Shown here: positions 61,344 through 64,000 of the stretch, piece after piece
Layout of the letters: each line of letters opens with the position of its first letter
Numbering within the stretch: position 1 is the first letter of the stretch
From: Sphyrna mokarran
Taxonomy: Eukaryota
Length of the DNA: 64,000 bases
Assembly (NCBI GenBank): GCA_024679065.1
Contig: JAGIQG010000002.1
Coordinates: 25,172,001 to 25,236,000, forward strand
Reading direction: 5' to 3'
The notes under the pieces: generated by a model
Seen by the model: only the letters and a program-made list of their open reading frames with translations
Database searches by the model: none
What the model was told of the DNA's origin: nothing
Made by a program: the position numbers and the translations under genes

Positions 61344-61979
61344 AAAGAAATGTATCTTTTGCATTTAATATTAGATATTACCAGTCAATCTCCTGTGGTA
61401 TTACACACATACAAAATGGGGTTGGATTGAGTGATATATTTGGATTGGGCACAGAGATGTAGTTTAGTGCCCAATTTGAAGTTATATGGTTTTGACAAGC
61501 AGAGCAAGAATTAGTTGGATGATGGGAGTTTCTCTGCAATTTATGCTAAAAAGTTTACAGATGCAAAACTGGAACACTGGTAGATGAGTATGATTACAAC
61601 ATGACAAATTTACAAGGCAGTTTCCAATATATGCATTGACATAAGAATTCTGAAGAGGAAGAAAATTTAGACCTCCCCTGTTTCCTGATTATGAGGCATG
61701 TTCTGTGGTTTATTTCAAAGCATTATTCATTTGGTTCGTCAGCCCCCTGTCATATTATTCTGCTGTCATTGGCTAGACATTAGGCTCTTGCTGCTAGTAT
61801 CAGCAGGAATTAACGAATAAATGCACGTTACATTCAAGGTACTGAATTGGATAGGCCTCACCCTATTGAAATGAATCGTGATCCACTCCCTTAGCTCTTG
61901 CCTGCTCAATTCTGAATGAAAATCAGGGCTGTAATAAATCGTCACAGGAGGCTAACATTGCTAAATGATTCAAATAGTG

Positions 61980-62260
61980 AAATCATTGAATCTCTACAGT
62001 GCACAAGAAGGCCATTTGGCCCATTAAGTGTGTACTGACCACAATCCCACCCAAGCCCCATTTCCATAACCCCACATATTTACTCTGCTAATCCTCTGAC
62101 ACTAGGTTCAATTTAGCATGGCCAATCAACCTAACCCACACATCTTTGGATTGTGGGAGGAAACCAGAGCACTGAAAGAAACCCATGCAGACATGGGGAG
62201 AATGTGCAAACTCTGCACCCGAGGCTGGAATTGCTAACCATTGTGCCACTGTGCCGCCCA
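61980..62260 (-). mobile_element. HE1/V-type SINE
   Basis: Reverse of GGGCGGCACAGTGGCACAATGGTTAGCA head, V-domain and CR1-like tail. Confidence 0.82.
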
Positions 62261-62559
62261 TCATCTTCAGGCCATCAACAGACATAGTAACCATTGTATA
62301 ACTTTAATTACTAGTGGACACCTGAATGTGTGATGTGCATCTGTTACTGTCGGGAGATCTAAGTCATTTTGATGTCTGGGCCTCCTTTACATTGAGTTGG
62401 TCAACTAGCACAGTGAGGCAGCTCAGGGGTAAGCAAGTAGGAAATCAGCCAGCTCCCATTGTTGAGCTGGCTGAAGTCAAAACCTTGTGGAAGATAAGGT
62501 GATCCTGTGGATAATCCTGCAAATGTTGATATTTTGGGGGGCAGGAAGTGCACTCTGGT

Positions 62560-63490
62560 CTGGAAGAATAAAAGATATGATTTGGGACTTTATGCTAAAT
62601 ATGACTCCAGTTTTTCTCTTGATTGTCATTGACTCCAATTTTGCTTAGCCTCCTTGATGCCATATTAGATGAAGTGCTGCTTTGATGTCACTTCACTTCT
62701 TGAGTTAATCTCATTTGCCTCTCTTTGGACCAAAGATGATCAAGTGCATGGTAGAACCCAACTGCGCATTGGTGAGGAGATTATTGCTATTTGATAGTAC
62801 TGTCATTAATACCTTCCATTCATCCATCACTTTGCAAATAATCAAGAGTAGATTGATGTGGCTGTAATTGGCTGGATTTGTTCAGATTTTTGTGTTGTTA
62901 GAATCCATAGGCTTTGTGCCTTTTGTCATTTCTTGATATCACATAAAGTGAACTGGCTGAAAACTGACATTTGTTAATTGGGGGACCTTAGGAGAAAGCT
63001 CTAAATTTTTTAACTGAAGGTGATTGCAAATGGGGATATTTGTGGAGATCCCTCTTCAGTGTTTGTCATTTAATTCACCACTATTTCTGATTGTTCATGG
63101 CAGAATTGCAGAGTTTTGATCTGATCCACTAGTTGTGATATTGCTTAGCTTTATGGATGCTGCTTCTGCTACTTAACATGCATGTAGTTCTGTGTTGTAG
63201 ATTGACCAGGTTGTCACCTTATTTTTAAATATATTAAATGCTGCTCCTGATCATGGTCTCCGGCATTCCTCATTGAATCCAAATTGATCTCTTGGCTTAA
63301 TTGTAACAGTAGGGTAATGGATATGCCAGCCTTGCAAATTATGTTTGAATACCATTCTGCTGATAGGCCCATAGCACCTCAGGGTGTCCAGTTCTGAGTT
63401 GTCAGAGCCACACTCAATCTGTTCCATTTAGCATGGTGATCAGGCCACTCCACACAATGAATGGTATCCTCAGGGTGAAGTTGAGACTTC
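62560..63490 (-). mobile_element. Old CR1/L2-group LINE fragment (family of 7180-9060)
   Basis: Colinear similarity with 8100-8890 and 1660-2640. Confidence 0.55.
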
Positions 63491-64000
63491 CTTGGTACAA
63501 AGGCAGGTTTTGAAGATTGGATTCGAATCATTAACTTTGTTTTCTCTCCACAGATTATGTCAGACCTGCTGCGTTTTTCCAGCAATTTCTGTTTTTATTT
63601 CGGATTTCCAGCATCCACAGTATTTTGCTTTTATTGTCTGGAGTACTAGTCCAGTAACATTATCACAATGCCACTGTGATCTGGAAATTGAAATGGAGCT
63701 CTTTGTACATAGTAAGACGCCATATTGAATACTATAAAAAGCATCACCACTTGCCCTTCTCAGGATTTTATGAAATGTGGCAGTGGAGTGTTGCAAAAAC
63801 TGGTCCCAAGTGATCTGATGCTATTTTTAGGTTATCATCTCAATGTTTGCACCAGAAAGGGGCACTTAAAATTGGCTCTACCATTTTCACTATAATACAG
63901 CTTTATTATTGCTTTTGCATGCAACATTAGTGATTATTTTGAACACCCATATACTTTGTTCATTACTAATTCAGATATTATTGTATATATTTCATGCAAA

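Overview
This is eukaryotic, repeat-dense genomic DNA. The repeat set (CR1 LINEs with TTCTATG tails, HE1/V-type SINEs, Penelope-like elements, Rex1/Babar, Mag-type Gypsy, PIF/Harbinger) points to a cartilaginous fish (inferred). One host gene crosses the window on the + strand and is essentially absent from the ORF track. It has six small exons (4292-4363, 20912-20983, 33358-33429, 41144-41215, 51980-52054, 58539-58663), all AG/GTAAGT-bounded, that splice in frame into five leucine-rich repeats plus a CCLC cap. The joined peptide is colinear with the LRR region of LRRC37A/B as I recall it. The introns are mostly nested transposon remnants. Notable structures are minimal hammerhead ribozyme motifs in Penelope pseudo-LTRs, a 104-bp-arm hairpin, and a near-identical 1-kb inverted CR1 pair bracketing the cap exon. 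There are also two Gypsy copies sharing one RNase H deletion, a young CR1 with a V-SINE in its 3' UTR, and a twin-priming-type inverted Rex1/Babar insertion. Boundaries of old repeats are approximate, and no database search was run.
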